Positions 48,824 through 58,313 of a stretch of DNA of 64,000 nt are shown one piece after another. Numbering within the stretch: position 1 is the stretch's first letter; every line of letters starts with the position of its first letter. Under the pieces are notes generated by a model. That model made no database searches, had not been told where the DNA came from, and worked only from the letters and a program-made list of their open reading frames with translations. The position numbers were made by a program, and so were the translations under genes. The stretch is from a virus: positions 1 to 64,000 of the IMG/VR virus record IMGVR_UViG_3300033182_000157; one strand, given 5' to 3'.

Positions 48824-49870
48824 ATGGCTCAAATTAGTGCTCAGAACTTTAATAAACTAAGACAACGTATCTTAAACGTAGTAAATAATTCAGACTACGG
48901 TACAAATCCTCAAACGGACCAAGCAGTTGGCGGATACGGTCAAACGTACACAATTAATAGTGCTACAGTAGGCGGGATAATTGGCACTTTAGAGCATAGA
49001 CAATTATATCAGGCGATAGCAGCAGCAAGATTACACCAAACTGGCTCGCTACCTACATTAGTATCACCTATTGATGAAGATGATATTATTGGTCAAACAG
49101 AAACAAAACGATTATCAGGACAAAATGTTGTAACGGATGACTTATTAGCAGGTTACGATGATATGGAGGCTGCGATTGCTGCAGCTGAAGCAGATTTAAG
49201 AAATGATGTACACGCCCTAGGATCAAGAGAATTGTTTGATTTACGTTCTACTACTAGATCTTCAAATTGGGGAAACACGCAAACAAGTACAGAAATTAAC
49301 TGTGAGTTTCAGGTAGACTTTGGTAGTGCAGCAAATGCTAGAAAGTTTTTCAACACTGGCGGCGATATTAGAATTACAGCACAGCATAACATTCAAAATG
49401 GCGTAGCGGCAAGTGCTGCCAAAGACACTAGTTGGCAAGTACTACTAAACAACTTTAGTTATATTTTAAAATCACGTTCGTCAGCAGGTTCAGCACAACA
49501 AATCAACCAAGGTTGGGCAGGATTAACAAATTCTTACGCTCAAGTTGGTTATTATGCTAACGCTGGTGGCGGAGTTTATGCAGAAAACTATGTTAAAATT
49601 TCAGCAAAAGTTGACCAAGCAACTAACACAGCAGGAAATAGCCGTTATTTGTATATTAAAGTTGAACTAGTTGATGCTGATACAGGTGACGGAGCAAATT
49701 TAGGTTATAATCCTCCACTAGGTGTTGACGAATTTGTATCCGCTGGAACAGTAGTTGTATTATCTGAATACAGAGCAAACGCAGGACAATTATCAACGCC
49801 AGCAGGAACTATTAATGGTGTAGCAGTAGCACAGCCTAATGTAACATTCCTTAACGGCAACGAACTGTAA
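48824..49870 (+). CDS. Putative virion structural protein
   Basis: Co-oriented in the fibre operon; beta-rich, Gly/Asn/Thr-rich; F..A..ARKFFNTGGDIRI; paralog of the next gene. Confidence 0.6.
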   Translation: MAQISAQNFNKLRQRILNVVNNSDYGTNPQTDQAVGGYGQTYTINSATVGGIIGTLEHRQLYQAIAAARLHQTGSLPTLVSPIDEDDIIGQTETKRLSGQNVVTDDLLAGYDDMEAAIAAAEADLRNDVHALGSRELFDLRSTTRSSNWGNTQTSTEINCEFQVDFGSAANARKFFNTGGDIRITAQHNIQNGVAASAAKDTSWQVLLNNFSYILKSRSSAGSAQQINQGWAGLTNSYAQVGYYANAGGGVYAENYVKISAKVDQATNTAGNSRYLYIKVELVDADTGDGANLGYNPPLGVDEFVSAGTVVVLSEYRANAGQLSTPAGTINGVAVAQPNVTFLNGNEL

Positions 49871-49881
49871 GAGGTAGATAA

Positions 49882-50901
49882 ATGGCGGCAATTGGAGATT
49901 CGGTCACAGCAAGTGATTATAATAATATTCGAGCAAGAATAAATGCTGTCACAGCCGGTTATTATCTTTCTAATTATCCAGGTCTAAATACAGTATCTGA
50001 AGGCGATACAATCGATGATGCTCATTTTGATTCTTTAGAGCAAGCAATTACATATCTATATCTCCACCAAAACGGAACAGATCCTGGCATAACACAAAAT
50101 GACGCAGGTGATACTATTTTAGCAGGTGACGGCGCCGGCGGCTCTATTACTAGAGGTATTGAAGATTACAGTGCTGTATTGACTGACGTAGAAGGTGGAA
50201 CGGCAAATCACGCTGCAAATCAATATTCGCAAACAGGCACAGCAGGAAAAGCAACAAGCACTACTACCTGGGGCGGAAGTACATCGTGGGACGGTCCTGA
50301 AACGTTTGAAAATGACGAAGGTAATATATCTGCTGGACCGGGCGATTTTAGAGCTGGCTTAAACGAAAATGGTCGAGTTGAAATTACTTGGACTATAAAC
50401 TTTGGTAATACTACAAATTACAACAGCTTTTTTGCGTTAGGTTGCAATCTAACATTTAAGGCTAGATTAGGAAATAGTAGCGGAACAGTTTATACAAGTG
50501 AACCAACTCAAGCAAAACGTGCTTGGTGGTATAATCATTTAAATGTTGCTAATCCTATTAACTATGTAATGGATAAAGCAGCTCTTGACGCGGCTACTAC
50601 AACTTACGCAAATGTAATTAACAAATCAGACAGTGATGACGCAACATATAGTGTTAACAATACCCAGTTAGCAATTAGAAAAAATGCTGCGGGCACAAGT
50701 TTTGATTTACGCTTACGTTGTAACGATTGGGATGATGCTTCAGTTGAATGGCCAGGCGAACCTGAAGATGAGAACGTAAATGGATCTGTAATATCGTGGG
50801 TAGACATGAAACGTATTACTGCTTCTACTAACGCATACGTTAATACCGACACTTCACAACCATCTATAACCAACGGTGGTTATACAGTTGTTGATATCTA
50901 A
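49882..50901 (+). CDS. Putative virion structural protein (paralog of the preceding gene)
   Basis: VTASDYNNIRARI vs ISAQNFNKLRQRI; LHQNG vs LHQTG; FG....YNSFFALG vs FG....ARKFFNTG. Confidence 0.6.
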   Translation: MAAIGDSVTASDYNNIRARINAVTAGYYLSNYPGLNTVSEGDTIDDAHFDSLEQAITYLYLHQNGTDPGITQNDAGDTILAGDGAGGSITRGIEDYSAVLTDVEGGTANHAANQYSQTGTAGKATSTTTWGGSTSWDGPETFENDEGNISAGPGDFRAGLNENGRVEITWTINFGNTTNYNSFFALGCNLTFKARLGNSSGTVYTSEPTQAKRAWWYNHLNVANPINYVMDKAALDAATTTYANVINKSDSDDATYSVNNTQLAIRKNAAGTSFDLRLRCNDWDDASVEWPGEPEDENVNGSVISWVDMKRITASTNAYVNTDTSQPSITNGGYTVVDI

Positions 50902-50910
50902 AAACCACTC

Positions 50911-50939
50911 TTGACATCTTGTGTGTTTTATAGTATTAT
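50911..50939 (+). promoter_or_regulatory. Host sigma70-type promoter for the glycosyltransferase cluster
   Basis: TTGACA-N17-TATTAT. Confidence 0.7.
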
Positions 50940-50965
50940 ATACTATAAACTAAAGGCGTTTTCTT

Positions 50966-51298
50966 ATGGACCAAAGACTAGAAACTGTATTACAAGATGT
51001 TGATCATATCAACACTATTAACAATCAAAAAAGATTACTAAAAGAGCAATATGTTGAAGATTGCGTTCTTTACTATAACGGCGGAAAATTTACTGTAACT
51101 AAAGAACTACTAGGATTTACAACACAACTAGGAACATCATACATTACAGACGATAATCTAGTACCAGTTGAAATTGATAAAGACGAGTTTAATCGTTTAA
51201 TATCTAGTGTGTATTGGAACGCAACAAAAAAGTATCACGCAGCATATCAAGAACTTATAAAAAACTCTAGAAATATTGAGGAACTACTCAATTTATGA
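50966..51298 (+). CDS. Hypothetical protein
   Basis: 110-aa ORF, ATGA-coupled to the next gene. Confidence 0.65.
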   Translation: MDQRLETVLQDVDHINTINNQKRLLKEQYVEDCVLYYNGGKFTVTKELLGFTTQLGTSYITDDNLVPVEIDKDEFNRLISSVYWNATKKYHAAYQELIKNSRNIEELLNL

Positions 51299-52155
51299 CA
51301 GCAGGAGTTTTGTTTTTTGCGTATAACAATGATCTTGTTGACTATATTAAACAAGCAATTTATAACGCAAAACTAGTTAAAAAGCATTTAAACTTGCCAG
51401 TAGCAATAGTTACTGACAGTGTTAATTATCTTGAAAAAACGTATCCGTGGTATAAGAAATATGTTGATTATGTTATACCTAAAGGAACTGGACAAAATAC
51501 ATTTTCAAAAAAACACTATTATGCCGGTGAACACTTCTCTACTATGGCAGAATGGAAAAACGTGAACAGATTTGATGCGTATAACCTTTCACCATTTGAT
51601 ACCACCATTGTTTTAGATACTGATTACTTAATTAGTAACAACAACTTTCTTAAAGTATTAGATCAAGATGATGACTTGTTTATATACAAGGACAGTTATG
51701 ATATTTCCTTAACAAGGAATATTCCAGGATTTGAACGTATTTCAGATGATACCCTTGACTTTTATTGGGCAACAGTTTTAATTTTTAAGAAAACAGAGCG
51801 TACAAACCGTCTGTTTAAACTTGTACAATTTATAAGAGAACATTATCATTATTTTAGAACATTGTATAGAATACCTTTAAAGACTTTTAGAAACGATTTT
51901 GCGTTTAGTATTGCTATACATATTCTTAATGGATATACTATAACAGACTGGCCTAAGATATTACCAGGTAAGATGTTATATTCTAGTCCAGAAGATGATT
52001 TGCTTACAATTAAAGATGAAAAATATACGTTTGTTGTAGGTAATAAATTTAGACGAGATAAAGTTAATGTAGTAACATTGACAGGCAGTAATATTCACGT
52101 TATGAATAAACTTCATTTAAATGAATTAATAGATAAGGAGTTTGAGCATGAGTAA
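51295..52155 (+). CDS. Putative GT-A glycosyltransferase (GT8-like)
   Basis: SPFDTTIVLDTDY (DxD), RNDFAFS, HVMNK. Confidence 0.65.
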   Translation: MTAGVLFFAYNNDLVDYIKQAIYNAKLVKKHLNLPVAIVTDSVNYLEKTYPWYKKYVDYVIPKGTGQNTFSKKHYYAGEHFSTMAEWKNVNRFDAYNLSPFDTTIVLDTDYLISNNNFLKVLDQDDDLFIYKDSYDISLTRNIPGFERISDDTLDFYWATVLIFKKTERTNRLFKLVQFIREHYHYFRTLYRIPLKTFRNDFAFSIAIHILNGYTITDWPKILPGKMLYSSPEDDLLTIKDEKYTFVVGNKFRRDKVNVVTLTGSNIHVMNKLHLNELIDKEFEHE

Positions 52156-52918
52156 AGGTTATGTAATTTTTGCTCAACCTAACGGTAAAAGCGATTATAT
52201 TGCTCAAGCAGAATTGTTAGCGAAGAGTATACAAAAGTATAATACTATAAACAATGTAACAATAATATCAGAATTTGACGAAGATGATGCTGCGAACACA
52301 GATTGGAAAATAGAAAATCGATGGAAGGCATATAATTTATCACCATACGATGAAACAGTAGTGTTAGACGCAGATATGTTGTTTTTTAGAAATGTAGATC
52401 ATTGGTGGAATAAACTTGCTAACTATGATTTATTTTTTACTAGTGATGTATTAACATATAGAGGCGAAACTGTTACTAGTAATTACTATAGAAAAACATT
52501 TGAAAAGAATAATTTGCCTAATTTGTATTCAGCATTTTATTACTTTAAAAAGACTGAAATAACAAAGCAGTATTTTAAATTGTTAGAATCTATTATGAAA
52601 AATTGGAAAACGTATTATCAACGTTATCTAAAAAATATGTATCAAACTAAACAAAGTTTTGATCTATCATCTGCTTTAGCAGTAAAACTTTTAGGATTAG
52701 AAGATAGCGTTACGGATAATACACAAATACCAACATTTATACATTTAAAACCACACGCACAAAATTGGAAAGCAGTTTCTGAAAAGTGTACTACAAGAAT
52801 ACCAGTGTATAAATTTAACAATAATTTAATGTTAGATAGTTATATGTGTAACGATATTCTACATTATGTAGAAGATGAATTTGTTACACCTGAAATAAAG
52901 GAGTTCTTTAATGAATAG
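52148..52918 (+). CDS. Putative GT-A glycosyltransferase (paralog of the preceding gene)
   Basis: NRWKAYNLSPYDETVVLDADML; start ATG 52148 after AAGGAG. Confidence 0.65.
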   Translation: MSKGYVIFAQPNGKSDYIAQAELLAKSIQKYNTINNVTIISEFDEDDAANTDWKIENRWKAYNLSPYDETVVLDADMLFFRNVDHWWNKLANYDLFFTSDVLTYRGETVTSNYYRKTFEKNNLPNLYSAFYYFKKTEITKQYFKLLESIMKNWKTYYQRYLKNMYQTKQSFDLSSALAVKLLGLEDSVTDNTQIPTFIHLKPHAQNWKAVSEKCTTRIPVYKFNNNLMLDSYMCNDILHYVEDEFVTPEIKEFFNE

Positions 52919-53459
52919 TGCTGAAGAACGTAAAAGAATATTTAGAGAACAGTTACAAAAAACACAACAACAAAAGTTTTATGTAGGTTTTGAGGATTCT
53001 GGGTTTATTACAAGCGTTGTATCCAATCCGGAACAATTAACTACAAAGGCTTGTGAAATTTCTAAAGAACTAGCAGAAGGATTTTTATCAGGTACGATAA
53101 ACAAAGACACTTATATTGCTCTTCCTATAGGCGATGGTTGGGAAATAGTTAAGAAAGAACAGCAAAAAAATGTTGCTGAAGTTTCTCGTAATTTTTATAG
53201 GGTAGAAGAAAAGCAAGATAAAGTACAATTAGTGATTAATGTACAGGATAGTACACTTACATTAGAAGTCGATAGTAGTGTAGATAAAAGTACACTAACG
53301 TCCTATGGACTATATGTTTGTGATAAAAACTGTTTTCACATGTTACATCAATCTATTGTATTAGACCCAGAAAGACGAGTATATCCTTTAACAAAAGTAG
53401 ATGATATTGACATATACGCAGGCGCCCACGCAGTAGGATTAGGCATAACTTATGTTTGA
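52911..53459 (+). CDS. Hypothetical protein
   Basis: 182-aa ORF overlapping both neighbours in the operon; AAGGAG SD. Confidence 0.65.
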   Translation: MNSAEERKRIFREQLQKTQQQKFYVGFEDSGFITSVVSNPEQLTTKACEISKELAEGFLSGTINKDTYIALPIGDGWEIVKKEQQKNVAEVSRNFYRVEEKQDKVQLVINVQDSTLTLEVDSSVDKSTLTSYGLYVCDKNCFHMLHQSIVLDPERRVYPLTKVDDIDIYAGAHAVGLGITYV

Positions 53460-54780
53460 ACTAAAGTTTACTGATTACAATTTTTATTTTTTAGATCAAG
53501 GCAGTCCTAATGTCGAGGAAAACTACTACGATCTAATTAACAAAGTGCCTTGGGCAATTAGAACAAACGCATTACCTTCTAATGAAAAGTATTTTGTTAT
53601 AACAGACAATAGTAAGTTAGATGATAACTTTTTCAATTTTACAACTAAGTTTGAAGATACGGTAGAAAATTCTACAATAGTATGGCAAAATGTAAGTGCT
53701 ACTAATAGACTAACTTTTAATTCTAGCGGTTTACGTTGGGTAGGCGGCGATAGTTTTTCATTTGAAATACCTCAAGTAGGTGCGTATGTATTTCATAGTA
53801 GTTCTAACACACAAGCATACGATACAGCATACAACGAAGTAACAAACTTAATAAATGAACATAGTTTAAAAAACATTAGCAACAGCGATTACAAAAAAAT
53901 ATTAGTATGGTGTAATGTTGGTGCTGATGTAGATTACGGAGTTGAAAGTACTAAAGGTGCTAGACAAGCACTAGTTGACAACAACTTTGAAATAGATTTT
54001 GACGAGCCATATACTCCGTTACAAAGTGAATTCTTTAAAACAGTATACAAAACACCATATAGAATTGCTAATAAAATGATTAGAGAAAACGTTAATAGCA
54101 AATATGACATTGTGTTTATTTCTTATAACGAACCAAATGCGGAAGAAAATTGGCAGGCACTAAAAGCACGTTTTCCTAGAGCAAAAAGAGTACACGGTGT
54201 AAAAGGAATACACCAAGCACACATCGAAGCAGCCAAACAATGTTCTACAGAAATGTTTTGGGTAGTTGATGCAGATGCTAAAATTGACGAAGAGTTTAAA
54301 TTTAACTATCTTGTTCCTAAACATGAATTAGACTTTGTTCACGTATGGCGTTCAAAAAATCCTGTAAATGATTTAATTTACGGATACGGCGGAGTAAAAC
54401 TATTACCAACACAAAAAACAATCAATATGGATTTATCTAAACCTGATATGACAACGAGTATATCAGATAAATTTAAACCAATGGGAACAGTATCAAATAT
54501 TACAGCGTTTAATACAGATCCTTTTAATACTTGGAAATCAGCGTTTCGTGAATGCTGTAAATTAGCAAGTAAAAGTATTGACAGACAACACACTGAAGAA
54601 ACAGAAGAACGTTTAACACATTGGCAGTTTGAAGGTGCTAATAGAAGATACGGAGAGTATGCTCAAATGGGCGCAAAACAAGGACGTGATTACGGAGAAG
54701 CAAATAGCAAATCTCCAAAAGACTTACGTAAGATAAATGACTTTGATTGGCTAAAGGAACAGTTTAATGAAAATACGTGA
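53452..54780 (+). CDS. GT-A (GT2-like) glycosyltransferase with a degenerate N-terminal copy of the same domain
   Basis: DIVFISYNEPNAEEN..RVHGVKGIHQAH..FWVVDAD..YGYGGVKL..AFRE. Confidence 0.6.
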   Translation: MFELKFTDYNFYFLDQGSPNVEENYYDLINKVPWAIRTNALPSNEKYFVITDNSKLDDNFFNFTTKFEDTVENSTIVWQNVSATNRLTFNSSGLRWVGGDSFSFEIPQVGAYVFHSSSNTQAYDTAYNEVTNLINEHSLKNISNSDYKKILVWCNVGADVDYGVESTKGARQALVDNNFEIDFDEPYTPLQSEFFKTVYKTPYRIANKMIRENVNSKYDIVFISYNEPNAEENWQALKARFPRAKRVHGVKGIHQAHIEAAKQCSTEMFWVVDADAKIDEEFKFNYLVPKHELDFVHVWRSKNPVNDLIYGYGGVKLLPTQKTINMDLSKPDMTTSISDKFKPMGTVSNITAFNTDPFNTWKSAFRECCKLASKSIDRQHTEETEERLTHWQFEGANRRYGEYAQMGAKQGRDYGEANSKSPKDLRKINDFDWLKEQFNENT

Positions 54781-55681
54781 TATTGATATTATATATCTAA
54801 GTTATGACGAGCCTAACGCTGATGAAAATTACGCCGACTTGCTTACAAAAGCACCGTGGGCCAAACGTGTACACGGAGTAGAAGGTAGCGATGCTGCTCA
54901 TAAAATGTGTGCTGAAATGTCAGAAACAGATCGCTTTATTACTGTTGACGGTGACAACAAAATTTATGCTGACTTTTTAGAGCAAGAGATAGATTTTAAT
55001 CAACACAAATACATAAGTGAAAGCGTGTTAAGTTGGTGCGGTTATAATGTAGTCAATGGACTGATGTATGGCAATGGCGGGTTAAAATGCTGGCCTAAAG
55101 ATGTTGTTTTAAATATGAAAACACACGAAGCAAGTGATCCAAACGATTTAGCAGCTCAAGTAGAATTCTGTTGGAACTTAGATTATGTACAAATGAGTAG
55201 TTGCTATTCAAAAGTATATAACAATGCCAGTCCTTGGCAAGCCTGGAGAGCAGGTTTTCGTGAAGGTGTTAAAATGAGTTTAGATCAAGGTAAGAGGTTT
55301 AATAGTCTTACATTTAGGGAAGAAGTATATTGGCAAAACTTACATAGGTTACTTATTTGGTGTAACGTAGGAAGCGATGTTGAAAACGGACTATGGGCAA
55401 TGTATGGCGCAAGACAAGGCGCATACATGACAAATCTTACAGACTGGGATTATGTAAATGTACGTGATTTCAAATACTTGAACAATCTCTGGAAAACTCA
55501 AGTAAGTAAAGAAGTAAATGAAGATAATTTAATGGACAAAATAAACGATGTAGGAAACGCTCTACAACGTGATTTACATATTGCTGTAACTTCAGTGTTT
55601 ACTCCAACACAAAGTAAACAGTTTAAGGAAAGTTATACTAATACAGATAGGACAGGACAAGGATTTATTGATGTTGAATAA
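54767..55681 (+). CDS. GT-A (GT2-like) glycosyltransferase, paralog
   Basis: DIIYLSYDEPNADEN..RVHGVEGSDAAH..FITVDGD..YGNGGLK..AGFREG. Confidence 0.6.
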   Translation: MKIRDIDIIYLSYDEPNADENYADLLTKAPWAKRVHGVEGSDAAHKMCAEMSETDRFITVDGDNKIYADFLEQEIDFNQHKYISESVLSWCGYNVVNGLMYGNGGLKCWPKDVVLNMKTHEASDPNDLAAQVEFCWNLDYVQMSSCYSKVYNNASPWQAWRAGFREGVKMSLDQGKRFNSLTFREEVYWQNLHRLLIWCNVGSDVENGLWAMYGARQGAYMTNLTDWDYVNVRDFKYLNNLWKTQVSKEVNEDNLMDKINDVGNALQRDLHIAVTSVFTPTQSKQFKESYTNTDRTGQGFIDVE

Positions 55682-57053
55682 ACTTGTAAAACGTTTAGGT
55701 AGACGATTAAAAATTGTAAAAGATCCTATTGATCGTATGTCAGAAGTAAAAGCAATTACTGATCAAATATCTCCTACCTTTTGTTTAGCAAAATGGCATC
55801 ATACTACTATCTATTTACAAACTGGAGAAACACACAGTTGTTATCATCCAGCACCGCATACAATACCGTTAGAAGAAATAGAAACAAATCCAAGTGCGTT
55901 ACATAATACAAAAGAAAAGAAACAACAACGTTACCAAATGCTAAAAGGCGAAAAGCCTAGCGGTTGTCAGTATTGTTGGAACATTGAATGTATGGGCAAG
56001 GATTATATTAGTGACAGGCACGAACGTAATAGCGGAATCTATACAAAGCAACGACTACAAGAAATAGAAACAAACGATTGGAACTTTAATGTAAATCCTG
56101 AATACATTGAAATTTCGTTTGGCAATGAATGTAATTTACGTTGCGGATACTGTCACCCTAAAGCAAGTAGTAGTTACTATAAAGAAATAGAACATTATGG
56201 CCCTTATAAAACTAAAAATCATACACAACACATACGTAAATTAAACATTTATAAAAAGGAAGAAGAAAATCCTTATGTAGAAGCATGGTGGCGTTGGTGG
56301 CCTGAAGTAAGTAAAACTCTAAATATTTTGCGTATTACCGGAGGGGAGCCACTACTACAACAAAGTACTTGGCGTCTGCTTGACGATTTAGAAACTAACC
56401 CTTTACCTAATCTTGAACTAAACATTAATTCTAACTTAGCAGTAAAAAATGTACTAGTAAGACGCCTTGCTGATAAAGTAAATCATTTAGTTAAAAACGG
56501 AAAAATAAAACGTTTTAAACTTTTTACAAGTTTAGATACTTGGGGCAAACCTGCCGAATATATTAGAACAGGTTTAGACTTACAGGTGTGGGAACAAAAC
56601 TTTGATACGTGGATGACAAAAACAGATCAGCCTATAACATTTATGGTAACGTTTAATATACTTTCAGTTACTACATTTGATCAATTGTTAGCAAAATTTT
56701 TAGAATGGCGTAAAAAATATCAAACAGGAAAAAGACGTATTAGATTTGACACTCCGTATTTAAAAGAGCCTATTCAATATGATATGAATATACTTCCTAA
56801 AAGTTTTATGTCTTATATGGAACAACATTTACAGTTTATAAAAGACAATCAAGATGAAAATGACGTAAACAAATTTTCAAATCTTGAGTATGAAAAGTTC
56901 CGTCGTGTTGTAGATTATATGCGTACTACAGAATATAGTACAGAGCGTTTAGAAGAAGGGCGTAAAGATTTTGTTATATGGTTTACTGAACACGATAAAC
57001 GTAGAGGTACAAATTTTGCTGAAACGTTCCCAAAACTAAAAAACGTTTTTTGA
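55671..57053 (+). CDS. Radical SAM protein with N-terminal Twitch/SPASM-like Cys cluster
   Basis: CNLRCGYC, ITGGEP; extra FCLAKW..CYH..GCQYCW; exact start uncertain. Confidence 0.85.
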   Translation: MLNKLVKRLGRRLKIVKDPIDRMSEVKAITDQISPTFCLAKWHHTTIYLQTGETHSCYHPAPHTIPLEEIETNPSALHNTKEKKQQRYQMLKGEKPSGCQYCWNIECMGKDYISDRHERNSGIYTKQRLQEIETNDWNFNVNPEYIEISFGNECNLRCGYCHPKASSSYYKEIEHYGPYKTKNHTQHIRKLNIYKKEEENPYVEAWWRWWPEVSKTLNILRITGGEPLLQQSTWRLLDDLETNPLPNLELNINSNLAVKNVLVRRLADKVNHLVKNGKIKRFKLFTSLDTWGKPAEYIRTGLDLQVWEQNFDTWMTKTDQPITFMVTFNILSVTTFDQLLAKFLEWRKKYQTGKRRIRFDTPYLKEPIQYDMNILPKSFMSYMEQHLQFIKDNQDENDVNKFSNLEYEKFRRVVDYMRTTEYSTERLEEGRKDFVIWFTEHDKRRGTNFAETFPKLKNVF

Positions 57054-58268
57054 TTGGTAATGTTCGTCTACTTGAAGGTTGCCATTAGTATATCTTATAG
57101 AGTTTTCAACAAGTAATAAAAACTCATCTACACTGTACTGATTGTAGTCTGCTCTTTTATAGTTATAATTTAAGACATCGACATTTCCTAAAGACCAATC
57201 TATTTGTTGTGTACGATTCATTTTAGAAAGCAGTTTACATACTCTTTTAAGTTCTTTTTCTAAAGCAGCCCATCGTTTTGCTGGATCTCTTATAAAATCA
57301 AATTCATAATCAAACCAGTCAGTATAAAGTTTATATCCTAATCTTGCTAGGTTATAGTTTTGCCCCATTTGCCCCCAAATAATTATAGGTACTTTTTGGG
57401 CAACAACTTTAAAAGTTTTTTCACTGTAGAACAGACTAGTTTCATTCCAGTCACTTTGCATTGTTTCGCAGGTTAGGTTAAACAATACTTGTTGATTTAG
57501 TTTTATACCTAAGTCGTTTGCCCAGTTAGTTTCAAAGTCTTCAGTGTCGACAATCATGGGAGTATTTTTTGACATAAACTTATCCATAGAGTCAGTATGA
57601 AAATAATTGCTACGATATTCACCGGGACGTACTTTGTCGTGACTAATTAATCCGTGTTTTGCTAATCCGCTATCGTGTAAACGCCAAACAGCATAACTCC
57701 TCCAAAAACGTTTACGTCTATTTAAGTTAAGAAAGTATTTTCCGTTATAATTTTCTAACAATGATATATGTCTTGGCTTAGATTTGCCAGCATCTATGTA
57801 CATTGCTTTTTGAAAACTGTCCCAATGCATCATTTCTATAACATTTATTTTATTTTTCTTTTCGGTTAAACCATGCCAATATACATCAAATATTCCTTTT
57901 TCTCGTAAATTTCCGCTAATAAAAAATATTCCAGCAGGGTCAATATTATGCTTTACCGCGCTATTATATAATGCTTGTGAAACAGCATGATGTGGAACAG
58001 CCCATCCTTCATGAGAACCGTCTAGTACAAATACACATTGTTTGTTGCGTAACAGATCTAAAAAGTTAGTCTTGATGCTACCTAAGATATCACTATCAAG
58101 ATATATTCCTTGTTTATATGAATACTGACACATCATTACACAGACCTTGTCAAATTCTCTATTCTTCATAAACGACAAGTGTTTACGATAATGATGAAAA
58201 CTACCAGGCGGGTCTATCATCTCTCTAACATAAGTTGTGTCATTTAGCCATTCAGAAAAATATATCAT
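57036..58268 (-). CDS. Hypothetical protein, possible GT-B (GT10-like) glycosyltransferase
   Basis: FLNLNRRKR, FNLTCET, FYSEKTFK, PIIIWG, LGYK; own late promoter; weak similarity to the GT10 (T/S)EK motif. Confidence 0.45.
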   Translation of the reverse strand: MIYFSEWLNDTTYVREMIDPPGSFHHYRKHLSFMKNREFDKVCVMMCQYSYKQGIYLDSDILGSIKTNFLDLLRNKQCVFVLDGSHEGWAVPHHAVSQALYNSAVKHNIDPAGIFFISGNLREKGIFDVYWHGLTEKKNKINVIEMMHWDSFQKAMYIDAGKSKPRHISLLENYNGKYFLNLNRRKRFWRSYAVWRLHDSGLAKHGLISHDKVRPGEYRSNYFHTDSMDKFMSKNTPMIVDTEDFETNWANDLGIKLNQQVLFNLTCETMQSDWNETSLFYSEKTFKVVAQKVPIIIWGQMGQNYNLARLGYKLYTDWFDYEFDFIRDPAKRWAALEKELKRVCKLLSKMNRTQQIDWSLGNVDVLNYNYKRADYNQYSVDEFLLLVENSIRYTNGNLQVDEHYQSKNVF

Positions 58269-58271
58269 CAA

Positions 58272-58301
58272 TAAATACTCTTATAATAACAGCAATATTT
58301 A
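58272..58301. promoter_or_regulatory. Face-to-face pair of late promoter boxes (TAAATA + strand 58272-58277; TAAATA - strand 58301-58296)
   Basis: In the 45-bp gap between divergent genes. Confidence 0.6.
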
Positions 58302-58313
58302 GTGGAGTAATTT

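Noticed and set aside
39258-50901. Diversity-generating retroelement or invertible fibre cassette
   Set aside because: No reverse transcriptase or invertase, and no template/variable repeat pair noticed in the window
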